Virus record (IMG/VR): IMGVR_UViG_3300046804_003294
Location: 3,280-67,279 of that record
DNA from: a virus
Strand: one strand, 5' to 3'
Length of the DNA: 64,000 nt
Shown here in pieces: positions 39,270 to 47,453 of this stretch (positions are counted from its first letter, which is position 1; each line of letters opens with the position of its first letter). Position numbers and translations under genes: made by a program. The notes under the pieces are model-generated. The model saw nothing but the letters and a program-made list of their open reading frames with translations. It made no database searches and had not been told where the DNA came from.

Positions 39270-39448
39270 ATACGAAGCATCAGGCCGAAGAACTTCGACA
39301 GTAACGATTGATGCGCTTGCCGATGCTCAAGCAACAAGCTCTGCGCGAAGCGCTCTTCTGGCGTGTGATCTTCTTCCTTGAACTTCGGGATGTAGAACCG
39401 TCCGATCTTGGGCGGTTCTTCCTTGATGAATTTTCCGTCTTTAAGCAT
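39266..39448 (-). CDS. hypothetical protein
   Basis: TAATG coupling with upstream gene. Confidence 0.6.
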   Translation of the reverse strand: MLKDGKFIKEEPPKIGRFYIPKFKEEDHTPEERFAQSLLLEHRQAHQSLLSKFFGLMLRI

Positions 39449-39756
39449 TAGATACCCCACTTGTCTTTATCGAAGTCCTCGTCCTCGATGTAGTACATGG
39501 ACACGCGGTCGCGCCGCTTGGCTTGAATGTCCTCGGCCTTACGGCGAGCCGCAACCTTTTCCGCTTTCGCTTTTGCTGCCTCAAGAGGCGTGTAGATGGG
39601 TTTGACAGGCACGGCAGGCTTCTTTGCCTCCAGCACCGACTCAAGTGTCGAGAACCGCACACCGCAGGTGAAGCACTTGCGACGACGCAGAACGCCGCCG
39701 CTTTCATGCTTCATTGTGGTTGTCACATAAGTCTGCCCACCGCACTTGCATTTCAT
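39448..39756 (-). CDS. NrdR-like zinc-ribbon protein
   Basis: MKCKCG...V...RRRKCFTCGVRFSTLE; no ATP-cone. Confidence 0.75.
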   Translation of the reverse strand: MKCKCGGQTYVTTTMKHESGGVLRRRKCFTCGVRFSTLESVLEAKKPAVPVKPIYTPLEAAKAKAEKVAARRKAEDIQAKRRDRVSMYYIEDEDFDKDKWGI

Positions 39757-39766
39757 CTATAGCCTC

Positions 39767-40279
39767 TTAATCATCAGGCGGCATCAGGAACGCGCCCTCG
39801 GTCTGGCGGTTGTGGCCGCCGCTGTTACTGGGCGCAAGCAGGCTGTTCTTCTCCATCCCGGCAGGCAAGCGCCAGACCTCAAGCATGGTCTTGTCTGCGT
39901 TCATCACGCAGCTTGCTGCGCCCTTGCCCCACATCTTTGATGAGTGGGCAGAGATCGCCCCTTGCAGGGCGTGGGCATCGAAGTCACCCACTGGAATCTG
40001 CACCAGATCGTCAGGCTGCAAGTCCTTGATGAAAGGCAGGTAGTAAGTGACCAGCGTGCCGTAAGGCAGCTTGCTCTGGCGGGTACGCTGGCGTTGGGGC
40101 TTGAGTGCCTTGGTTAAGTCAATCGTGCCTTCCGTGATGCCGTACTTCTCGGAGTGAATGGCAAAGTCCACACCGGACTTGGCGTGGATTAACTTGAGCG
40201 TATGTATAGCACGGTCAAGCATGGATTGGACGGTCAGAGGTAAATCTGCAACGGTAAGGGTCTTGGGCTTTTTAGCCAT
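39767..40279 (-). CDS. hypothetical early/middle protein
   Basis: AGGAG RBS before ATG 40279; own promoter upstream. Confidence 0.65.
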   Translation of the reverse strand: MAKKPKTLTVADLPLTVQSMLDRAIHTLKLIHAKSGVDFAIHSEKYGITEGTIDLTKALKPQRQRTRQSKLPYGTLVTYYLPFIKDLQPDDLVQIPVGDFDAHALQGAISAHSSKMWGKGAASCVMNADKTMLEVWRLPAGMEKNSLLAPSNSGGHNRQTEGAFLMPPDD

Positions 40280-40305
40280 GACGTTCTCCTGTGGTTGGTG
40301 TGTGA

Positions 40306-40343
40306 ATAATACAGATGTGGTACTGCATGTCAAGCTTTCGACA
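40306..40343 (-). promoter_or_regulatory. sigma70-like promoter with overlapping TGT-N10-ACA operator
   Basis: Minus strand TTGACA-16-TATTAT; TGTCAAGCTTTCGACA at 40328-40343. Confidence 0.6.
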
Positions 40344-40956
40344 ATAGATTTAATAAATCTATTGATCTTTGCCACGCCTCACGGCGTACATCAGACTTCT
40401 TGCGTAACGCGTCAACCTCCATGTCACTGAATTTCTCCAGCCCATCGAGTATCTTGATTAACGTGTCATTCTTGAAGGCTGCGTTGTTGAACGCGCGGAA
40501 CAGCCTCACCTCGTTGGTCAAGCCGGTCAACGTGCTCTGATACAAGCGTCCACGCTTGCTTTCCTCGCCTGCGTACTCGGACTTTAACGCCTCGTTCAAG
40601 TCGTCCAGCACCAGCCCTAGCCTGTGGCAAACATCGGTGTACATGATGTTGGTTCTGCGCCTCAGTTCATCCTTTGTGGCCTCGAACAGATCAGGCTGGC
40701 TTGTGTACGGCTTGCGGTCTGGGTACGGCAGGTAATGTACAGCTACGCTACAGAATTCTGACAGGTTATCCTGAAACCTGTCCACGCCTTCTGCAAACTC
40801 AGACCATAGCTCGATTGGCAGTACGCGCAGGCCATCGCTGCCCCACATCATCGTGTGACGGTAGACGTAGCCACGGAACAGCGCGCTTTTGGCGTTGGCT
40901 ACCTTTGCGTTGGGTGCTTTGCGGTCGTAGCTGACTTTGGTTTCGACTAAGATCAT
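40330..40956 (-). CDS. hypothetical protein (possibly DUF3150-like)
   Basis: GGAG RBS; T..W..DG.RVLP and LR...DVRR patterns. Confidence 0.55.
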   Translation of the reverse strand: MILVETKVSYDRKAPNAKVANAKSALFRGYVYRHTMMWGSDGLRVLPIELWSEFAEGVDRFQDNLSEFCSVAVHYLPYPDRKPYTSQPDLFEATKDELRRRTNIMYTDVCHRLGLVLDDLNEALKSEYAGEESKRGRLYQSTLTGLTNEVRLFRAFNNAAFKNDTLIKILDGLEKFSDMEVDALRKKSDVRREAWQRSIDLLNLLSKA

Positions 40957-41186
40957 TCTCTGCTCCTGATGCGTGATGCTGCGTGTTGGATGGTCAGACA
41001 TAGCTCGCGCACTTGCTCATACGTTGGCTCGCCATGCAGGTTTTCTACTATGTGGTTGGCGTGCAGGATGGCTCGCGTGAGTTCTCCGTGCGTCACAAGA
41101 GCAGACACAATGCTGTTTAACTGATACTCCAGTTGCTGCACCATGCTGATCAAGTCCTCCTTACTCAGTTCCTGTAGTTCGCTCAT
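40953..41186 (-). CDS. hypothetical protein
   Basis: GGAGG RBS, coupled to neighbours. Confidence 0.65.
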   Translation of the reverse strand: MSELQELSKEDLISMVQQLEYQLNSIVSALVTHGELTRAILHANHIVENLHGEPTYEQVRELCLTIQHAASRIRSRE

Positions 41187-41379
41187 TGCTATCCTCCGTT
41201 GGGTCTACGCGGAACCGGATGGTGTCCACGTTAAAGTTGTCAAGGTCACGCTGCGAGATAGCATCAAGCCCTGCGTGTATAGCGTCCTCAACCGTGTCGG
41301 CAAATACGTTCAAGGTTTTGTCAAAGTCAGCTTTGCCCTTGATGCGTACGGTGTATTCTTGTTTTACTTTCCTGTTCAT
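41161..41379 (-). CDS. hypothetical protein
   Basis: GGAGG RBS before MNRKVKQEY. Confidence 0.65.
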   Translation of the reverse strand: MNRKVKQEYTVRIKGKADFDKTLNVFADTVEDAIHAGLDAISQRDLDNFNVDTIRFRVDPTEDSNERTTGTE

Positions 41380-41387
41380 ACTTCCTC

Positions 41388-41522
41388 CTAAAAGAATAAA
41401 AGCCGCCAGAACGGCGGCACAAATGCAAGCGCAAGATACGCAAGCGCAGCACCAGTCATCATCAAAACCATGACCGCGACCACGACTACGCAAACGTCAC
41501 GCAACAAATTTTCATCGTGCAT
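41388..41522 (-). CDS. small membrane protein
   Basis: GGAGG RBS; 44 aa, almost entirely hydrophobic. Confidence 0.5.
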   Translation of the reverse strand: MHDENLLRDVCVVVVAVMVLMMTGAALAYLALAFVPPFWRLLFF

Positions 41523-41562
41523 AAAGCCTCCAAAAAGAGAATGACACCCGTCAAAAGAGAGG

Positions 41563-41829
41563 CTAGTGCCTCGCCTTCTCAATGGCGTCAAAGGTAGCAA
41601 CAACCGCGGTTGCGGTCTGTCGTGCGTAGTCAACCTCACTGATGACTTGGCTATACACTTCAGCCAGCTTGATGTGGTCAATCCCATCTTCCAACGCTTG
41701 ACCCAACACATAGCCCACGGTGAAGTTCAGCGCAGGTAGAGCAATGTGCGGCTCGATGTTGTCGTCGTCAGTTCTGATTGCTTTCATCAGACGGTGCATC
41801 ATTTGCAAAGTCTTTTCTCTCTCTTCCAT
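41563..41829 (-). CDS. hypothetical protein
   Basis: GGAGGT RBS just downstream of a 21-bp palindrome. Confidence 0.7.
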   Translation of the reverse strand: MEEREKTLQMMHRLMKAIRTDDDNIEPHIALPALNFTVGYVLGQALEDGIDHIKLAEVYSQVISEVDYARQTATAVVATFDAIEKARH

Positions 41830-41847
41830 TTCACACCTCCATAAATT

Positions 41848-41868
41848 AGCGGGACAGGGTGTCCCGCT
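41848..41868. repeat. 21-bp palindrome, copy 1
   Basis: AGCGGGACA-GGG-TGTCCCGCT. Confidence 0.9.
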
Positions 41869-41877
41869 TTCTCACAA

Positions 41878-42876
41878 TTAGTTAGCGATATCCTTGTCCA
41901 GATTGCCGCCGTCAAACAGATCGAACAACCACGTTGCTGCCTCTTCAGGATCAGAGTCAACGAGCACACGCATCTCGCCCTCTTCCTTCTCGCCATAGCT
42001 CTCGATCAGCAGGTACTCTGCCTTGTCCGGTGCAGCAACAACCCAGTCAACAAGCTGGTGCATACCGCGGCGATAGCAGTTGTGTGCAGCCTTGACTACC
42101 TTGTCGATGTTGAACTTCTTGGGCTTGACGTTGACGTCATACACCTCGTACGCATCGTCATAGTCACCGTACGCTGCACCGCCTGTGTCGTACTGCGATG
42201 ATGCAGAGAGTGACTTGCTTGAGTGCTTGGTCGGATACATCGTATAGCCAGTGCCATAGCTGTCGCCATAGTAGTCATAGCGACTGTTGTAGCCAGCGTA
42301 TGCAGCGCGGCGACCATGACCATGCTTGTGTGCAGACCATGCGTATGTGTTGGACAGCCACGCGCCTTGATGCTCGACGCCTGCATCGTAGTTGAGCACG
42401 ACAACCTCACCGCTACTGTGCAGGAAAGCGAACTTGTTAGTTGCGCCGATCATCTTCTCGATGTACCGCTGATAGTCAGGGTCAAGGATGATGTTCGGGT
42501 TGTGCAGCATGGCAGGCTTCAAGATGTACTCGATGAAGTGCCATGTGTCAGAACGCTTGGGGTCGATGGGGTTACCCATTGACAGGATGCCGTTGTGCGC
42601 CATCCACAGATCGTCAGTGACTTTGTATGGATGGCAGTTGTCCATGTCGATGTCGCCGTGAGTTTTCATGCGGTAGTGAATGATGCACTCACGACCCTTC
42701 AGTGTGTCACGGTACAGCGTGTTGATCTCGGCAGGTTTGCCAAGCGTCTTGATCACAACGATGCTGCCGTTCTCGACGTACATAGCACCGAAGCCGTCAG
42801 AGTTGTAGGAATAGAAGTCGTTCAACAGAGCGTCATTGAACGCGACGTTAGCTGGATGATGAATGAGTATGCACAT
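41878..42876 (-). CDS. class II (Ntn) glutamine amidotransferase
   Basis: N-terminal Cys2 (MCIL), NSDGFG, IHYRMKTHG, NCHPY, AHNG, SDT. Confidence 0.88.
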   Translation of the reverse strand: MCILIHHPANVAFNDALLNDFYSYNSDGFGAMYVENGSIVVIKTLGKPAEINTLYRDTLKGRECIIHYRMKTHGDIDMDNCHPYKVTDDLWMAHNGILSMGNPIDPKRSDTWHFIEYILKPAMLHNPNIILDPDYQRYIEKMIGATNKFAFLHSSGEVVVLNYDAGVEHQGAWLSNTYAWSAHKHGHGRRAAYAGYNSRYDYYGDSYGTGYTMYPTKHSSKSLSASSQYDTGGAAYGDYDDAYEVYDVNVKPKKFNIDKVVKAAHNCYRRGMHQLVDWVVAAPDKAEYLLIESYGEKEEGEMRVLVDSDPEEAATWLFDLFDGGNLDKDIAN

Positions 42877-42914
42877 AGTTAGTTCTCCTTAGTGTGGTTG
42901 GAAATAAAACTCGG

Positions 42915-44717
42915 TTACGATGTGTAACCGACATGGGTTAGATACTTGCGCAGGTTGCGCGTGTCTGCCTTCATCATGTTGCTGTTGATGAAGTCCATGA
43001 AGTGATGCGCGTCCATCATGAAGCCAGCAGGCGACGCTGGCGCAGTGAACTTGATCAGCGCATTGGTGAACTCAAGGGCAGCAAGCATGGACTCGTGCTT
43101 CAGTGTGCCTTTGAATATGCGCATCTCGATGGTGCGACGGTTAGTCAGGTTGACTGCCTCGTAACGCTGATCGCTGCGTGACGCATGATGCGCAGTTGCC
43201 AGCTTCTTGTCGTGCATCGACGCATAGCCAACACCATAACGACGAGCAATCGCTTTGATCAGGTTGCGATTGTCAGGCGCGTGAATGAACGTGACAATCT
43301 TGTTGGTCTGCATCTTGGTGATGTTGTCGTTGTTCACATGGATGTGCAAGCCACAGGTTGATGTGTCGTGACTGCGCAAGTCTTTGGTCAGCGTCTTGTC
43401 AGTGAGCCACTCCCAGAACTGATAGTGAGTGTCAAGACCCATCGGCTGCGTGATGATCTCGAAGCCATGCGAGAGACTGCCATCCTCCTCGAAGAAGCAA
43501 CGCTGACCCAGCTTGCCATCGTTCAACGCATCGTTGAGTCGATCAGCGTGCTCGCCGGGATAACCCTTGCGGCACTCGACCTCAAGCTCGATACCGAAGA
43601 AGCGCTCGTTGCGATCCGACCAATCCGAATGAATGAGCCGGTATGACTCATTGTTCTTGGCGTTGTGATAGCGACGCAGCGTTTTGCTTGGCCGTTGAAA
43701 GTCAACGTGAACATAGCAGTCCTCTTCATCATCCCACTCGAAGTTGCCGTCGCCGATTGTGCTGTCGTGAACGTAGTCACTCTCACCGTCACGACCAATG
43801 ATGCGCACTGCGCTGTTCTCATGCACATGCTGATCGTGATAGTCAGAGTACACATAGTCGCGGTCGATGCAACTACGACACACACGCTCATCGTGATAGG
43901 TGCGACTTGAATAGTTCTGCGACTCCCACTCGCCACAGTCCTCGCACTGCTCGAAGTTGTAGTTCTCAGTGATGTGGTCTGCGATCTCACTCTCATCATC
44001 GAACGACAGGATGTCGCTCATGGTACTGCGTATGCTTCTGAGTTGACCATGCGACGATTCAGTAATGCTGCTGTCAGTCAAGTTGCCGTACCGCAAGTGA
44101 TGCAGCGCATACAGTATGCCGACGTTGGTGTACACGCTGGCTTGACGCATCATCTCGCCCAGTATGTCCAGCACCACACGACGCATGGCAATAGCGGTTG
44201 TGTGATCAAACGTATACGAGCTTGCTTCCGCACGCATCTGTCGCGCCTCGATGATGAAGCCATGCACGACGTTGGTGTAGAAGGTAACAAGCAACTTGTT
44301 CGCCTTGCCGCAATACTGAGTATCAGACACATCCCTGTCATCGAACGCTTTGCGTACAACGCTGCCCATCGCATTAGCGCAGTTAGTCAGTGCCTCTCGC
44401 GCCTCGTCGATAGTAGCGGTGCTGTAGTTAAGCGCGATGTCTTCACGTTTGGGTGCGTGTCCCGAGTTGACAAACGAGTCGTTGTCGATGAGCGCCTTCA
44501 TCGTGCGATGCTGCACCAGTATGCGGAAGTGGCGCGCCAAGCGGTGATAGTACGGCACGAGGTTGAAGTTAAGCGCGTCACCGTTGTCCGCGTTGACGTC
44601 GGTGAACAAGAACTTCAGCCTCTCGGACAACTCGACACGGCTATCGTCGAAGTCAGAGTTGTTTGTGCCGTCTTCGTCGTAGCGTGCGTTGCCGCTAGTG
44701 TTTCTGATGTATGGCAT
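42915..44717 (-). CDS. putative amidoligase (COOH-NH2 ligase) with Cys/His-rich zinc-finger-like repeats
   Basis: FGIELEVE, EDGSL..GFEIITQP, TCGLHIHV, RYEAVN, TIEMRIF; CEDC and CRSC upstream. Confidence 0.85.
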   Translation of the reverse strand: MPYIRNTSGNARYDEDGTNNSDFDDSRVELSERLKFLFTDVNADNGDALNFNLVPYYHRLARHFRILVQHRTMKALIDNDSFVNSGHAPKREDIALNYSTATIDEAREALTNCANAMGSVVRKAFDDRDVSDTQYCGKANKLLVTFYTNVVHGFIIEARQMRAEASSYTFDHTTAIAMRRVVLDILGEMMRQASVYTNVGILYALHHLRYGNLTDSSITESSHGQLRSIRSTMSDILSFDDESEIADHITENYNFEQCEDCGEWESQNYSSRTYHDERVCRSCIDRDYVYSDYHDQHVHENSAVRIIGRDGESDYVHDSTIGDGNFEWDDEEDCYVHVDFQRPSKTLRRYHNAKNNESYRLIHSDWSDRNERFFGIELEVECRKGYPGEHADRLNDALNDGKLGQRCFFEEDGSLSHGFEIITQPMGLDTHYQFWEWLTDKTLTKDLRSHDTSTCGLHIHVNNDNITKMQTNKIVTFIHAPDNRNLIKAIARRYGVGYASMHDKKLATAHHASRSDQRYEAVNLTNRRTIEMRIFKGTLKHESMLAALEFTNALIKFTAPASPAGFMMDAHHFMDFINSNMMKADTRNLRKYLTHVGYTS

Positions 44718-44745
44718 GATTGCCTCCATGTGGTTGGTTGATGGA

Positions 44746-44937
44746 TTACTGCTTTACTTCTACTGCCTCGCTACTGGCGGTCTGCGCCGCCTCAATCAAT
44801 TCTAACAGGTTATCCAGTTGCTTTTCGTAGTTTGCCTTCTTCTGGTTTAACCTGTCAAGTTCCCTGTTGGCCTTGTTGATCAATAGTTGCTTCAGCCCAG
44901 CCTGCGCCATGAGCGCATCGATCTTTGTTTGTGTCAT
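44746..44937 (-). CDS. small coiled-coil protein
   Basis: GGAG RBS downstream of palindrome copy 2. Confidence 0.6.
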   Translation of the reverse strand: MTQTKIDALMAQAGLKQLLINKANRELDRLNQKKANYEKQLDNLLELIEAAQTASSEAVEVKQ

Positions 44938-44962
44938 GCCACTTCTCCCTTCATTTAAAAAT

Positions 44963-44983
44963 AGCGGGACACCATGTCCCGCT
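44963..44983. repeat. 21-bp palindrome, copy 2
   Basis: AGCGGGACA-CCA-TGTCCCGCT. Confidence 0.9.
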
Positions 44984-45759
44984 TACGCTGCTCCATCTGC
45001 CTTTGCCGTCACCAGCTTGCGCCAGTGTGGTGTGATGCGTTTGTCTTTGGGTGCGGCTTCGAGCTTGGTGATTGCCAGCCGTATGCGCTCGGCTTGGCGT
45101 ACCTCGTACTCGCGTCGGTCTGTGCCGTCGCGGTCAATTACATTCTGTAACTGAGTTAACTCGTCAATCCACATCTGACGCACGCGCCAGTGCTGGTCAA
45201 GGATGGTTTTGTTTGGCTCACGCTGGAAGATCAACGTCAAGCGTCTGGTTCTGGTTGCAAGGTTTGCGTGTGCTCGCATGAACTCGCGTTTGATTTTGTG
45301 CGGAACCCAATCAGACCAGTGCAGGCCAAGAGACACCCGTTGAAGAGAGTTTGGCAGTATGCCCTCGTCGCTCAGGTTGACGGCGCGCGCTTTTGCCGTT
45401 GGGTCTAGTTCCTGCCGTTGGTACGCGCGCAGGATGTCGCGCACTTTTAATAGGGCAGACAGGTATGCGCTGAAGAACGTGAATAGTTCGGTGCTCTCGC
45501 GCTTTTTCCACTGCGCCACGCGTGTGCGGACAGAGTTTATTTCTTTTGACAATGGTTCGATGACTATCCTCCACTTGTCCTTGTGTGCAGTGTTCTTGCG
45601 GCGCAGTTCGCGCTCGGCCTTGCGCTTCTCCATGTAGTGATCAACTATCTTCTTGACTGACGATGGCGGTACGCCAGCGCAGTTTTTATACTTGCGATTC
45701 AACCGCGTGATGATCTGCTTGCGCGTCATATCGCGCCAGCGTTTGTACTTATCAGGCAT
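44983..45759 (-). CDS. basic hypothetical early protein
   Basis: GGAGG RBS before MPDKYKRW; Arg/Lys-rich. Confidence 0.65.
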   Translation of the reverse strand: MPDKYKRWRDMTRKQIITRLNRKYKNCAGVPPSSVKKIVDHYMEKRKAERELRRKNTAHKDKWRIVIEPLSKEINSVRTRVAQWKKRESTELFTFFSAYLSALLKVRDILRAYQRQELDPTAKARAVNLSDEGILPNSLQRVSLGLHWSDWVPHKIKREFMRAHANLATRTRRLTLIFQREPNKTILDQHWRVRQMWIDELTQLQNVIDRDGTDRREYEVRQAERIRLAITKLEAAPKDKRITPHWRKLVTAKADGAA

Positions 45760-45769
45760 GATGGCCTCC

Positions 45770-46155
45770 ATACAAAATAACGTGTCAGTTTTGTGTACGA
45801 TACTCGCAGGTTGTACCGAACGAGAGCACCGCACGAGTATGTTGCGTATGCGTTTGATCTATAACATTTTTTACCTCCATGAAAATTGCCTTTGTCCCGA
45901 TGTCAATGTTTTTGGGAAGTATATGTGGGTCTAGGATTAAATACTTGGAGATTATATTTGATGTTTGCTTGTGTTCAAAGTATTTTTTCCAGACCCATAT
46001 ATTGTGTTGAAAACCATTGACAAGTGCACACAGGGATATAACTACTACTATAAATATATTTAAATACATATAGTTAGATAAGATAATCTGCTGGTGCACT
46101 CGTCGGTACAAGCGCCGAGTATTGAACATTTTTATTTGGCAGTCCTATTTCTAGC
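45770..46155. other. AT-rich non-coding region (possible origin or promoter region)
   Basis: Sharp drop in GC relative to flanks, e.g. TATAAATATATTTAAATACATATA; no convincing ORF. Confidence 0.5.
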
Positions 46156-46347
46156 TTAACGCGTTAAACTAGAATTAGCTTGCCATCTTGCGAAGCGTTC
46201 TTGGTAATAGTCGCGCTCGAACTGCGACAACGACTCCCATGAAGGTTTGTCATCGCTGGTATAGCGGGACACGCTGTCCCGCTTGATTTCTTTTTCTGCC
46301 TTGAACCCTGCGCGTAGCAGGGCTTGCCTCAATTGATCGTTGCGCAT
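46156..46347 (-). CDS. small hypothetical early protein
   Basis: AAGGA RBS before MRNDQLRQ. Confidence 0.55.
   Translation of the reverse strand: MRNDQLRQALLRAGFKAEKEIKRDSVSRYTSDDKPSWESLSQFERDYYQERFARWQANSSLTR
46263..46283. repeat. 21-bp palindrome, copy 3 (intragenic)
   Basis: AGCGGGACA-CGC-TGTCCCGCT. Confidence 0.9.
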
Positions 46348-46364
46348 GATCATTCCTTTCAGGG

Positions 46365-46523
46365 TTAGTCGCACTTACGCACCATTTTGTCGAGCAGGTC
46401 GCTGATTTCCCGCCGGTCTTGATCCCTGCCGTCGCACTCCGCCAGATGTAGTGCATCCTGCAAGGCGTAATACAAGGCAATTGCTTGCCTGTTGTTTAGT
46501 GTGAGATTGAGTTCGTTGATCAT
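46365..46523 (-). CDS. small hypothetical early protein (52 aa, not in ORF track)
   Basis: AAGGA RBS; MINELNLTLNNRQAIALYYALQDAL...CD*. Confidence 0.6.
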   Translation of the reverse strand: MINELNLTLNNRQAIALYYALQDALHLAECDGRDQDRREISDLLDKMVRKCD

Positions 46524-46549
46524 GATGATTCCTTTCGTTTGACATGATT

Positions 46550-46583
46550 GAAAACCCGCGCAAGACCCTGTTGTCCTGCGCGG
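46550..46583 (-). terminator. possible intrinsic terminator or processing hairpin
   Basis: Minus strand CCGCGCAGGAC-AACAGG-GTCTTGCGCGG followed by GTTTT. Confidence 0.45.
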
Positions 46584-46592
46584 TTCGGGGAA

Positions 46593-46613
46593 AGCGGGAC
46601 ACGTTGTCTCGCT
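46593..46613. repeat. 21-bp palindrome, copy 4 (one mismatch)
   Basis: AGCGGGACA-CGT-TGTCTCGCT. Confidence 0.85.
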
Positions 46614-47011
46614 TAGATTTGCTCCTGCAAATACTTGATGTACTTCTTGATCTGCGCTGCAGTGTGAGACTTGGCGAAACGCTCTGCGCTTGCGAGCAGA
46701 GGGTCTTTGTCTAACACATGCGATGTGGTCTTCGTACCAAAGCCCATACGAGCGAGGATACGATTCTTGCGCTTCTTGATTGCTGCGAACTCTGGATGCT
46801 CTGGATCAAGACCCTTGACCTTCTTCTTGTGGTCGAGTGTGTCAACGATCTCGATGCCAAAGCGCTCGTTCGCCCATTTGAGAATTAACTCGTTAGCCGC
46901 AACACGCGTGTTTGCGCCAAGCGATTTCGCTTCGCGTACGATAGCGTCGAGGTCGTTCTTGTCGAACGACAAAACGTCGAAGCACTCAAACAGTTGGCTT
47001 TGCTTGCTCAT
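46613..47011 (-). CDS. first gene of leftward arm, hypothetical
   Basis: GGAGGT RBS before MSKQSQL. Confidence 0.7.
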   Translation of the reverse strand: MSKQSQLFECFDVLSFDKNDLDAIVREAKSLGANTRVAANELILKWANERFGIEIVDTLDHKKKVKGLDPEHPEFAAIKKRKNRILARMGFGTKTTSHVLDKDPLLASAERFAKSHTAAQIKKYIKYLQEQI

Positions 47012-47032
47012 GGTGCACCTCCAAAAAAAGAA

Positions 47033-47053
47033 AGCGGGACACGCTGTCCCGCT
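47033..47053. repeat. 21-bp palindrome, copy 5
   Basis: AGCGGGACA-CGC-TGTCCCGCT. Confidence 0.9.
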
Positions 47054-47095
47054 TCGTGTCGTTGCAGAGCGAAGTGCTCTCAAACCGACAACTAT

Positions 47096-47125
47096 ATTTT
47101 ACCATACACGTTATTTTTTAACGTG
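47096..47125 (-). promoter_or_regulatory. putative leftward early promoter with inverted repeat
   Basis: Extended -10 TGGTAAAAT (47104-47096); CACGTTA-N5-TAACGTG at 47107-47125. Confidence 0.5.
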
Positions 47126-47280
47126 CTATTTCCAGTAGCGCGACCCCACCATACCCCATCCCCCACAAAAATATGCAGCGGTCGCGGTCCGACCCAATCA
47201 CTAATCCCCAACCACACTCCACATTTTTGTTAAAATCATGACAACAGCCCAAAAATTTTTCAAAAAATTAAATTCAACTC

Positions 47281-47296
47281 TGTCTAATATTAGACA
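47281..47296. promoter_or_regulatory. perfect 16-bp palindrome, putative operator
   Basis: TGTCTAATATTAGACA. Confidence 0.55.
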
Positions 47297-47305
47297 TACC
47301 AGCAG

Positions 47306-47331
47306 AAAAAAAATCCCCGCCGAAGCGGGGA
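47306..47331 (-). terminator. rho-independent terminator
   Basis: Minus strand CCCCGC-TTCG-GCGGGG-A-T8 (cUUCGg tetraloop). Confidence 0.75.
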
Positions 47332-47384
47332 AAAAAGCCCATCAGGCCTTTAGCGAGAATCTCCAACCACGGAGACAGCCACCG

Positions 47385-47422
47385 TGTAAAAATTTACACA
47401 GCGACAAAATGAAGTATATACT
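47385..47422 (+). promoter_or_regulatory. putative rightward (packaging/late) promoter with operator
   Basis: TTTACA-18-TATACT; TGTAAAAATTTACACA at 47385-47400 overlaps the -35. Confidence 0.5.
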
Positions 47423-47453
47423 CCGCCCAACGGGACTGCAACGGTCTGCGCTT

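Noticed and set aside
43974-44741. 255-aa plus-strand ORF, and similar shadows at 33279-33905 and 55001-55627
   Set aside because: Antisense to well-supported genes; explained by codon bias.
46017-46042. TTGACA...TATAAC plus-strand promoter
   Set aside because: Spacer is only 14 nt and it points against the local gene direction.
45785-46129. 114-aa ORF in the AT-rich gap
   Set aside because: Atypical composition, non-ATG start and no SD.
41848-47053. 21-bp palindromes as a CRISPR array
   Set aside because: Spacing is irregular (330 to 3100 bp) with genes in between; no cas operon.
47238-47453. N-terminal extension of the terminase small subunit ORF
   Set aside because: It runs through palindromes, a terminator and promoter-like boxes, so it is more likely regulatory DNA; start moved to 47454.
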